Source: a virus (Duplodnaviria; Caudoviricetes). From it: DNA of 44,352 nt. The notes under the pieces were generated by a model that made no database searches, had not been told where the DNA came from, and worked only from the letters and a program-made list of their open reading frames with translations. The stretch is taken from positions 1-44,352 of the IMG/VR virus record IMGVR_UViG_3300047504_000019. One strand, 5' to 3'. Below are positions 1 through 8,300 of this stretch, in pieces. Every line of letters begins with the position of its first letter. Positions within the stretch are counted from its first letter, which is position 1. The position numbers were made by a program, and so were the translations under genes.

Positions 1-142
1 GTGTAGGCCAGCATGGTTGTCCCGTTCCTTTATATTCTGGGCCAATTTGCTTTACACCCACATCTCCATCAGTTGACCAAGTACCATCGTCATTAGCGTT
101 CTTTATTACCCAAACCTTGCCTTTCAGGGGACTAGCAACAGT
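1..142. repeat. Terminal direct repeat (assembly overlap), copy 1; marks circular permutation
   Basis: 1-142 aligns to 44211-44352 with mismatches only at positions 18, 19, 30, 92 and 124. Confidence 0.97.
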
Positions 143-1036
143 GGTATGAGCCCAAGACACCCAAGCATACCCATTGGAATCTACCGTTATACAGATGTCA
201 TGTATTGGCACAATTCCATAGGCACTGACATCTTTAGTCTGTTCGGCAGCCGTCCAACTAATGCTTCCATCTGCGTTTAGTGCTCCTCTCCTATAGTAGA
301 GTTTCTCATTCACAGCCAATCGTGAAATGTAATGTAGTGTTGTACCAGTTACTACAAAATCGCAGGCATAACCTCCTATACAGTTTGCAGTTATTCGCGT
401 GGCTGCAGAATAGGGTATGTTTTCTATTGATGTGGCTGATTTATAGTTAATCCCACTTCCAACTCTCCAATAGAATAGCCACCACCTGCTATTAGCATAC
501 CAAATGTTCCTGTTATAAGGAGCGCCAAGTGCCCAGCTATTCGCTTGGGCAACCACAGGCACAGCAGGACTAGCAACTGAGTTTATTATCTGAGGTGCAG
601 TCCCAGACGGGTCTTCGCTCATGTGAAAGACAGCACGAAAATAGGAATCCCAGACTTCAGGGCGAGAGCTACTGTCTGCTACATAGTCTGTGTTGTCTGC
701 GTGGTCAGCGTCATAGTAGAGGTAGAAGTCAGTATTGGCAGTATCGTCTATAACCCAGCCTGTTTTACTCACCCATAACCAAGCTACCTCATTGGCATCA
801 TCCCACCTCTCTATCTCCACATAGAGTTGGGTTTCGCCATCATCCGTAGTGACCGCAATCTTCTTTCTGTTAGCATCGCTTTGGAGTTCATCAAATATGA
901 ATGAGACATCCTCGCTATTTATACCAACAGAAGTTCCCAGCTTTAATAAAACAGGAAACCATGTTAGGTCGGCATCAATATCGCCTGCGTCAATCGTGAG
1001 TTTAACTCGTTTAGCCCAACCTGAAAGCCAAGCCAT
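1..1036 (-). CDS. N-terminal part of a ~770-aa receptor-binding/adhesin protein (DUF2341-like domain plus start of a beta-propeller-like insert); continues at 44210
   Basis: Not in the ORF track. ATG at 1036 directly follows the upstream TAA and reads MAWLSGWAKRVKLTIDAGDIDADLTWFPVLLKL...YVEIERWD...WLWV...FYLYYD, open to base 1. 1036+1277 nt = 771 codons, in frame with ORF 42934..44271. Confidence 0.9.
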   Translation of the reverse strand, partial: MAWLSGWAKRVKLTIDAGDIDADLTWFPVLLKLGTSVGINSEDVSFIFDELQSDANRKKIAVTTDDGETQLYVEIERWDDANEVAWLWVSKTGWVIDDTANTDFYLYYDADHADNTDYVADSSSRPEVWDSYFRAVFHMSEDPSGTAPQIINSVASPAVPVVAQANSWALGAPYNRNIWYANSRWWLFYWRVGSGINYKSATSIENIPYSAATRITANCIGGYACDFVVTGTTLHYISRLAVNEKLYYRRGALNADGSISWTAAEQTKDVSAYGIVPIHDICITVDSNGYAWVSWAHTTVASPLKGKVWVIKNANDDGTWSTDGDVGVKQIGPEYKGTGQPCWPT

Positions 1037-1435
1037 TTAACTCTTAATCACCTTCAAACTTAATGTTACCCTTGTTATTGTAGTGCAACTATCTACATTA
1101 AAAACTAGTATATCCCCAGCAGTAATAGTCTTTGTCCATCCAGTCAAAGTTGAGTCCTGAGACTTCTGTGCAGTTGTGATAGTTGGTGGTGCTGAAGCTG
1201 TGATTGAATCTGCATCAGTAGGTGGGAAGTTGGCGTAGGTATCCTTCCAAATATCAATTACAATACTCCCACTTTGGTCAGCTAGAAGTGTAGCTTGACT
1301 AATAGCACAAGCAAAAGGAATCTCAAGATGCCCTTTCTGCCCAGTTGTGATAGCAGAACCACCACCATCAATTATAATAGTAATAGCTCCTACACTATCA
1401 CTGGTGTACATCATCTTCTGCCAAGTAACAGCCAA
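1037..1435 (-). CDS. Virion fibre/decoration protein, probable small jelly-roll tip domain; TTG start
   Basis: Thr/Ser-rich beta protein (ITIIIDGGGSAITTGQKG...ITAGDILVFNVDS); starts MAVTWQK, like the 1840-2196 product. Confidence 0.65.
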   Translation of the reverse strand: MAVTWQKMMYTSDSVGAITIIIDGGGSAITTGQKGHLEIPFACAISQATLLADQSGSIVIDIWKDTYANFPPTDADSITASAPPTITTAQKSQDSTLTGWTKTITAGDILVFNVDSCTTITRVTLSLKVIKS

Positions 1436-1474
1436 TTTATTTTTCCCCTTCTAGATGGTTTGTTGCAATAGCCA

Positions 1475-1768
1475 TTAGCTTACACTCCCACCACTCTTAG
1501 CTTTAATAGGTTCAGGTGTGTCTTCACTTACCTTAACCTTTTCACTGGGTTTATCAAAGAACTTGCTGATACAATCCTGTAACACTTCCTGCTTCAAAAG
1601 CTCCAGAACAAGTAGAACATTCTGAGGAGATGCTCTAACCTCAGCCATAACCTCTGCTATTTTATTATGTAGGATTCCTAACTCATCCTTACGAGATTCC
1701 GCATACTCAGCTTCTAGGTCAGCAAATAATTTCTCTATGGCTCTCTCTATGACTTTCTGTCTTTCCAT
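1475..1768 (-). CDS. Hypothetical helical protein, possible fibre assembly chaperone
   Basis: 97-aa charged helical ORF with a GGGGG RBS between fibre genes; function inferred from position only. Confidence 0.55.
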   Translation of the reverse strand: MERQKVIERAIEKLFADLEAEYAESRKDELGILHNKIAEVMAEVRASPQNVLLVLELLKQEVLQDCISKFFDKPSEKVKVSEDTPEPIKAKSGGSVS

Positions 1769-1781
1769 AATACCCCCTTAG

Positions 1782-1826
1782 AGTAGAGGACAACTCTATG
1801 AGTGGATTCACAAGTTGCCCTCTGCT
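1782..1826 (-). terminator. Intergenic RNA hairpin (terminator, attenuator or processing site)
   Basis: Minus-strand arms AGCAGAGGGCAACT / AGTTGTCCTCTACT with G-U pairs; no U tract. Confidence 0.55.
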
Positions 1827-1839
1827 ATTAAATTACTAT

Positions 1840-2196
1840 CTACATTGGCCCGTCCTCTGTGCAAACATATGGATGAGTTTCATCCGTCTGCCAGACTAGC
1901 TTACCCACAACTGGTGTTAAAGCAAGCCTAGCAGTGGCATCTGCAACTGTGTGGATAACATGGTCGGTCAACTGTTGACCAGCCATACCCACAGCAGCAT
2001 CAGGGTCTCCAATGTCATCAAGAGCCATCTGTGCTGCTACTGTAGCTGCGGTAACAAATTCTACTGCATCTGCACCTGTGTTCACTCGCAGAATCTTTAA
2101 TCCATCATCAGTATAATCCGCAGGTGTATCACTCAGTGCTAGAAAAGTAGTTGCTACCTCATCAAAGTACGCTAATTTCTTCCAAGTTACTGCCAT
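1840..2196 (-). CDS. Fibre shaft-like protein
   Basis: Fibre motifs TTFLALSDTPADY, LRVNTGADAVEF, LDDIGD, ADATARLAL and GKLVWQTDETHPYVC; AAGGAGG RBS. Confidence 0.75.
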   Translation of the reverse strand: MAVTWKKLAYFDEVATTFLALSDTPADYTDDGLKILRVNTGADAVEFVTAATVAAQMALDDIGDPDAAVGMAGQQLTDHVIHTVADATARLALTPVVGKLVWQTDETHPYVCTEDGPM

Positions 2197-2219
2197 ATAT
2201 TGTTTCTTTTGCCTCCTTT

Positions 2220-2390
2220 TTATTCGACTGCTATGTACAGATGATTGTCACCTGTCTTATAAAATAAATCTGTTTCCGTAGGGTCTTCAGGTAATGCCTC
2301 ACCACTAGCTATCTCATGGGCTTCCTCTCCATGATATTCAATCTTTGTGAGTTCATCACCAACATCAATATGTTTTATCCCCTTACTCAT
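2220..2390 (-). CDS. 56-aa fibre-base-like protein (not in ORF track)
   Basis: MSKGIKHIDVGDELTKIEYHGEEAHEIASGGALPEDPTETDLFYKTGDNHLYIAVE*; the C-terminus resembles the LPxxP-xGDLFYxT-xxxLY fibre motif. Confidence 0.7.
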   Translation of the reverse strand: MSKGIKHIDVGDELTKIEYHGEEAHEIASGEALPEDPTETDLFYKTGDNHLYIAVE

Positions 2391-2435
2391 ACTATCACTT
2401 CTTATCTCTTATTTAATCTAATCAAGGTATCTGCT

Positions 2436-2606
2436 TTATAGGACTTTCAAACAAATTGCTATTGCTCCACCAAGTATGGCTGCAAGAATAATCCATTGAA
2501 TTCGTGCCATTAAATCCACCTTCCACTTGAGATGATTAAAGTCATTCTCATGGAAAGCCTGAAACCACTTAGGAGCTTTCTTCAGCCATCTCGATGAGCT
2601 ATTCAC
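2436..2606 (-). CDS. 56-aa single-TM protein, XhlA/holin-like (not in ORF track)
   Basis: GTG start after GGAGG; ...NDFNHLKWKVDLMARIQWIILAAILGGAIAICLKVL*. Confidence 0.6.
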   Translation of the reverse strand: MNSSSRWLKKAPKWFQAFHENDFNHLKWKVDLMARIQWIILAAILGGAIAICLKVL

Positions 2607-2794
2607 TATCCTCCCCCTTCTGGTGCAGCAGGAGTTCCTCCTGTTTTATCTCTAGCCATCTGAGAGCACATAGCTACCGCTTGGTCTTGTGGTCTTCCTG
2701 TTCTAACTTCCTGTGCAATACAGGCTGAAATAGCAGCTTTAACCTGTGCTGCACCTGATTCCTTGCTTAATGCTTCAATCTCTGGTATTGGCAT
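2606..2794 (-). CDS. Small conserved phage head-module protein
   Basis: ISACI...GRPQDQAVAMC motif; AAGGAG RBS. Confidence 0.65.
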   Translation of the reverse strand: MPIPEIEALSKESGAAQVKAAISACIAQEVRTGRPQDQAVAMCSQMARDKTGGTPAAPEGGG

Positions 2795-2807
2795 AATTCA
2801 CTCCTTT

Positions 2808-2847
2808 TGTAGTTGAGAAGAGAGCAATTAACCCTCCTCCCACTACA
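2808..2847 (-). terminator. Hairpin after the capsid/cement genes
   Basis: Minus strand TGTAGTGGGAGGAGGG-ttaattg-CTCTCTTCTCAACTACA, G-U rich stem. Confidence 0.5.
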
Positions 2848-2848
2848 C

Positions 2849-3547
2849 TTATATTGTCTTAAAAGCCCAGTCTGTGAGCAGAATCCAACCAGTACCAATA
2901 GCATCCAACACTCCAGCACAATTACATCTGACATATTTCTTATCAGTAGTAAATCTAACTACATAGATTCCAGGTATGTCTGATGCAACAGCAACTGTAG
3001 TTCCAGCACCATAGGTCTTAGTTGCTCTACCAGTTCCTGCATTGTTTACAGTAACCCCTGCTGCCTCATTGAAGACATCAGCAGCATCAACTGGCTGTAT
3101 TCTTACCTTACCAATTCCACCAATAGTTGCCAAAGCAGCATCAAAGCTCATCAGGTAGCCAGTATCAGCAGTTGTCTGTTGAGTCATTAGCTGTCCTATA
3201 TCAGCCTGAACAAATCCAGTAGTTGCTGTGAGATAAAGTTCTAGTGCATTAGCACCGTACAGTGTTGGATAGGTAGCAACAGTCTCCCAATTTGAAACTA
3301 AACTATCAGAAGCCTGAATTGTTACAACAGCCTTATCAGTATTGATAAAGGCAGCAGACTCTCCAGCACCAAAACCTTTAAGTATCATTACTGCTGAAAG
3401 TCCTTTAACCCCTGTCTCATTAACTTCCGCTACAAGGTTTCCATCAGTATTGACAGTTTTGGAAATAGCTGCAACATCAGCCTCATCAATGGATACCAAT
3501 GCAGTACCATACAACCCCTTTAGTATTCCTAACGCATCAAAAGCCAT
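2849..3547 (-). CDS. Capsid cement/decoration protein (Bbp16-like) with an inserted domain
   Basis: Directly follows the capsid gene; MAFDA start, VTIQASD...W and KKYVR motifs. Confidence 0.55.
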   Translation of the reverse strand: MAFDALGILKGLYGTALVSIDEADVAAISKTVNTDGNLVAEVNETGVKGLSAVMILKGFGAGESAAFINTDKAVVTIQASDSLVSNWETVATYPTLYGANALELYLTATTGFVQADIGQLMTQQTTADTGYLMSFDAALATIGGIGKVRIQPVDAADVFNEAAGVTVNNAGTGRATKTYGAGTTVAVASDIPGIYVVRFTTDKKYVRCNCAGVLDAIGTGWILLTDWAFKTI

Positions 3548-3568
3548 ATTCTTTCCTCCTTTTTTACT

Positions 3569-4567
3569 TTAACTTTGTACTATGTTATCTGGGAATATAT
3601 TGCACAGTCTAGCCATACAACGAGGGCTAACATGAGCAAGTCCCAGAGGCCAATCTATCTCAGTTCTATACACTGGCATAGCCTCTAACAAACCCTTGTC
3701 TTCCACTTCCATAGGATATTCTTGAATACCCCATAGAAACTCACCTACGCCAAACTTGACAGCATAGATTGAAGTGCTGATGTCGCTAGTGTATAAACTT
3801 TGTGGGTCTTCAGTATTGGTGATAATCTCGGTAATCTGGTCAGCCTTTGTACCAATATCCACCATCCTGACACCAGAGAACTCAGTTATAAATCTACCAA
3901 ACTGGTCTTGTGCCTGATTAAGCAATCTCTCCTGCCTCAAGAGGGAGCTAACTGCAATCAGACATTTCTTGTTCATAAGCAGCAAGTCTGCTTTGTGACC
4001 ATCAATAGAGTAGATAAGGGTAAACAGTTTGTCCAAGAAGTTATTTCTGTCAGCAGTAGCATACAGTATTCCAGCATCTCTAGCAGCACCATAAGTGCCA
4101 GCATTATCAATAAGCTGTCCTGTATAACCCTCTGCTACAATATCATCTACCCTCTTGGATACTCCCTTAAACTCCTCTGGGTCTGTAATGGGACTTCCAT
4201 TGATGAATTTATCATTGAACTTATAGGCTATTGCCCTCACCATCATTTGCTGTTGAACAGCCCTAGCATCAGCTATGGTATTCTTAGCCCTAGCAAGTGC
4301 CTTATCAGTGTCAATCATTCCACCCAGCAATGAAATAGTTTCTGTCTTCTGCATAAATGTACCAGTAGACTCAGCGTATCCTGCGTTCAATTTTCTGAAC
4401 CCAACACTAGGCAAGTCCTGATACTTCACAACAGCAGTTGACAATGTGCCAATGGTCTCCCAAGGAACAAACTGCATGACATCAGACTCCATCAGGAGAC
4501 AATCTACAACTGATTTCCGTAGAACATCAGTTTCTATCTTGGATAATTCTGTCAACGTCCAAGCCAT
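3569..4567 (-). CDS. Major capsid protein (HK97 fold, BPP-1/epsilon15-like)
   Basis: LPSVGFRKLNAGYAES, LGGMIDTDKAL, FINGS...EFKG, TSIYAVKFG and YRTEIDWPLGLA motifs; strong RBS. Confidence 0.9.
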   Translation of the reverse strand: MAWTLTELSKIETDVLRKSVVDCLLMESDVMQFVPWETIGTLSTAVVKYQDLPSVGFRKLNAGYAESTGTFMQKTETISLLGGMIDTDKALARAKNTIADARAVQQQMMVRAIAYKFNDKFINGSPITDPEEFKGVSKRVDDIVAEGYTGQLIDNAGTYGAARDAGILYATADRNNFLDKLFTLIYSIDGHKADLLLMNKKCLIAVSSLLRQERLLNQAQDQFGRFITEFSGVRMVDIGTKADQITEIITNTEDPQSLYTSDISTSIYAVKFGVGEFLWGIQEYPMEVEDKGLLEAMPVYRTEIDWPLGLAHVSPRCMARLCNIFPDNIVQS

Positions 4568-4587
4568 ATCTTATCTTTCCTCCTTTA

Positions 4588-5145
4588 TTATTTCTTTGTT
4601 TTGGAGTATGCTTCAGTAGCTAACTCCATTGGTGAACCTGTTAGTCCACCTAAGCCTCCACCACTACCACCTATATCAGGTTTAGAGGTGGGACTCTTCC
4701 CTTTTGCTAAAGATAAACCCTTCTCAAAAGCTCTTAAATCTGTATCACTCAAGTCCTTCAAAGACTCTTTCTCAACACCATACTTAGTGCAGATAAGGTC
4801 TTTCTTTGTCTCCAGGACTTCACCTGTTTTCTTGTTTAGAGCTTCCTGAACTTTTACAAGTTCCGTCTGATTTATCATAGTTTTGGATTGCTCTTCAAGG
4901 TTCTTCTTTGCTTCTGTCAACTCCTGCATCTGTGATGTTAGTGTCTCTATCTGAGATTGCAAGTTTACTTTTTCATTCTCATGTATTGATTGTACATTGA
5001 TTAGTTCTTGCTCTCTCTTCCTGAGCATCTCCTTCACACCCACATAATCAGTCATTGACACACTTTCCACCTTCTTGGCTTCCACTTTAGGTGTTGCTTC
5101 AGTTAGTGAAACATCTGTTTTTACTGAACCTTCACCAGTATCCAT
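4588..5145 (-). CDS. Capsid scaffolding protein
   Basis: Coiled coil with a Gly-rich tail, immediately upstream of the capsid gene. Confidence 0.7.
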   Translation of the reverse strand: MDTGEGSVKTDVSLTEATPKVEAKKVESVSMTDYVGVKEMLRKREQELINVQSIHENEKVNLQSQIETLTSQMQELTEAKKNLEEQSKTMINQTELVKVQEALNKKTGEVLETKKDLICTKYGVEKESLKDLSDTDLRAFEKGLSLAKGKSPTSKPDIGGSGGGLGGLTGSPMELATEAYSKTKK

Positions 5146-5176
5146 AATGTTAATGTACCTCCTTAACTCTATTATA

Positions 5177-5206
5177 ATTATACCATACTGTGCTATTCAT
5201 TGTCAA
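5177..5206 (-). promoter_or_regulatory. Sigma-A promoter for the scaffold/capsid operon
   Basis: TTGACA-18 nt-TATAAT with extended -10 TG. Confidence 0.8.
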
Positions 5207-5247
5207 GTAGAGGACTGCGTGTTACCATTTCACTTCCCTGCTACATC

Positions 5248-5304
5248 TCTTTATGGGTTAATATATCTATACTCTATATAAGATATACATATTATATCAA
5301 AAGT
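5248..5304. repeat. 57-bp AT-rich quasi-palindromic element, copy A
   Basis: Arms TCTTTATGGG and TATCAAAAGT are exact reverse complements of the arms at 34849-34905. Confidence 0.75.
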
Positions 5305-5324
5305 ATTTTATATCTTCCTCATTT

Positions 5325-8300
5325 TTATCTTCTTGCTCCAGCAGGAATTGAATAATATCCATTCAGCATATTTACTATCGCTCTTGCTTCAGTAGTTAGT
5401 AGTGTATCAGTTATACCCCAGAAGTAGAGTAGTGCATCTACATTAGGATTCCTCTCTCTACAACTTCTCCTTAATTTAGTTCTATCACTCTCTTTATATT
5501 CCTCATATTTATCATAATATTCCCTCTGTAGATATGACTCTGTATCTATGTAGAATAGAGCTAAATCAGAGAAACCAAACTCCTCTGCAATTATACCAGC
5601 AGGTAAAGCTCTCTCTGCTGCTCTGACAGCAGTAGCAAAGTTCTGTAGGCTATAAAGTTGTCCACTCTCATCCAACTTACCTAGTAGCTCCTCTTTATCC
5701 ACAAGAGTCTGTCCCTGCTTCTCTACTATATCAGGTTCTACTTGAGTACCACCAAAAATAGCATGTTGTAGTTTCTCCCACCAACTCCTCTCCATTGTTT
5801 CTATCTCTTGAGGTGTGTAGTTCTCTTTAATTGTACTGAAGAACTTTCTCACAAAAGCAGTATCAACATACTCTTTATCTATAGCAGTCTCATATAAGTG
5901 CATTGCTGCTTGATACCAAGGGATGAACTCTCTTGCTAAACCAGTTACATCCTTACCTAATCTTGATAATACAGTATTCTGTGATTCTTTATTGCCAATT
6001 ACAGCTTGAAGCAAGTCATAAGTAGTTCCTGTCAAGTCTTGCAGCACTCCCACTGTTAATCCACCAAATGACCAGTTAAACATATCCCAAGGACTATAAG
6101 ATTTAGTCTTTCTTCCTGTAAGTTTAGTTAATGCTGCTGCTCCTACAGTTCCTGCAATAACTATAGCTAATACTTCATATAAACCTTTTATTCGTAAATT
6201 CCAAGGAAGACTTTTATCCATAACTTTAGAGACTCTTCTAACCATCATCTCCGCATAACTTCTTGGATATGTGCTCAATCCAAACAGAATCTTTCCTGTA
6301 TCACTATGCTCATACTTACCTCTATAAGCTCTTGTATATCGGTAATGAACAATATCTACTGCTTGGTCAGCTACATATAAAGCTGATGCTTCTGCACCAG
6401 TGAGGTTTGTTAATCCTGGTACAGCAAGACTGGTCTTATTTTCTAAGAGATAATTCATAGCTGCAACTCTTTGTGGTGTCTCCAATACCCAAGCATCAGA
6501 TTTACGCAACCACGCACTAAAGTCTTTCTTCCCTTTAGCACTCTTCAGATACTCATTATTAGCTGCAAGAGCTTTGGTATATGCAGCATGAAAGGTTGAC
6601 TTCCTTGAGAATGTCTCGCTATGAGAGAACATCCCTATCTTACCAGCTAATCTATTAAGAGGTGTGAATATCTTGAGTCCTGATGTCTCTCCTTTTAATA
6701 GAGCATCTCTTCGTATTCCTTCCATCTCACTGGATTTGTTATCAAAGAAGATATGTTCTATCTCTGTCATAGGAGTCTTCAAAGACTTCACCAATCCTAT
6801 CCTATCCCAATAAAACATCAATCCCTGTATAATGTTACGAACAGATAATATAGGATATGTTTCAAAGATTGTAGTATAAGACTGTCCAGCCATATTCATA
6901 GCAAATTGTGTAGCAGCACCTCTTGATGCTCTACGTTGAGTTAGAGTATCAAAGTAATCCCTCATGGTATTACCTATCTCTCTTATCTGCTTATCACTCA
7001 GTTGTCCTTTTGCTTCATCTACTTTTAGCATCTTATTTGCTTGTTGCATAAGAGAAGTCATACGGAAACCTAAATCCTGTTGAGTAACATACTTCACTTC
7101 CCTTTGCCAGAGATTAGCTTCCATTTCAGGTAACTCTATATTCTCTCTAGTTTGTAGAGCACCATAACCAATAGTTTCTGTCCACTTATGCCTTCTCAAT
7201 ACATCAGGATAATATACTTGTGTAGGGGTATATCCTGATTGCATTACCCCCCAAGTACGAGTAGCAAGGAAATCTAAGAGACTATTATCATTATTGGCAG
7301 TAATAAATGCTCCAGCAGTTGTGAAGTCTTCTATATTACCATCTGGTATATCCTTCAAGATAGCATCAACACTACCATCATGTCTATCCCAAGCAGTAGT
7401 AAATCTTCTATATCTAATACCTAACTCTCTAGCTTTATTTATCTTCTCTATTGTATTAGCAAACTCCATCTCTGCATCAGATAATGCAGGATGTTTTATT
7501 CCAGTTTCTTTAACTATCTCAGGATTCCTTGCTCTCAATTCTTGCTCAATCCTTGCAAGTGCAGACTCATCAGTGATAAATCTAGCAAGACGAGGATTAT
7601 TCAAGATAAGATTAAGAGATTTCCTGCTTGTTGCTTCTGATGCTGAATATGCTAACTCAGTGTTATAACTTAAATTATAGTAAGTTTCCCCTGCACCAAT
7701 TCTCTTAGTTGTGGTATCATAATTCATAAAGGTATATTTAAGAGTTTGTACATCTCTTATAAGCTCTCCCAGACCTTTTGTCTTTCTCTGCCACCAGCCT
7801 TTAGGTTTAGGTGGAGGAGGATTAGTCATTCCTTCAAGAGTCAATGGAGGTTGACCACCACTAGCGTCAGAGAGAGTTACTCCAGGGGCTACACCAACAA
7901 CAACAGGAGCAGCCTCTGTAGGAACAGCTCTTTTTATCTGCTTCAATCCAGTTATCTTAGAATATCCTTCAGGTACAGTAGAAGGGATACCAGACAGAGG
8001 AATAAGCTCCTCACCCTGTGCTGCTATAGGAAGAATTGGAGCTTCAGTGGGGACAACTCCAGCTTTAGTGAGAGCACCAAGTAATCCTTCATATTTAGTG
8101 CTAGGAGCAAAGTCTCTCAGTATCCTTATTACATCACTCTGCTTCAATCCATATTTGGTAGCTTCACTAACCACAGACTTCCAAGCATTAACTTCTCTAG
8201 CAAGAACATCTCCGCCTTTAGCAGTAACCAATGGGTCTAGGTTATGTCCTATCTCATGGAGCATAAGCATTGTGGTAAATGTCTTTGCATCTGCATCATT

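Noticed and set aside
1-142. DGR template/variable repeat pair formed by the two terminal copies
   Set aside because: Both copies are the same locus across the circular junction; two of five mismatches have no adenine on the coding strand in either copy; no reverse transcriptase or Avd gene is visible.
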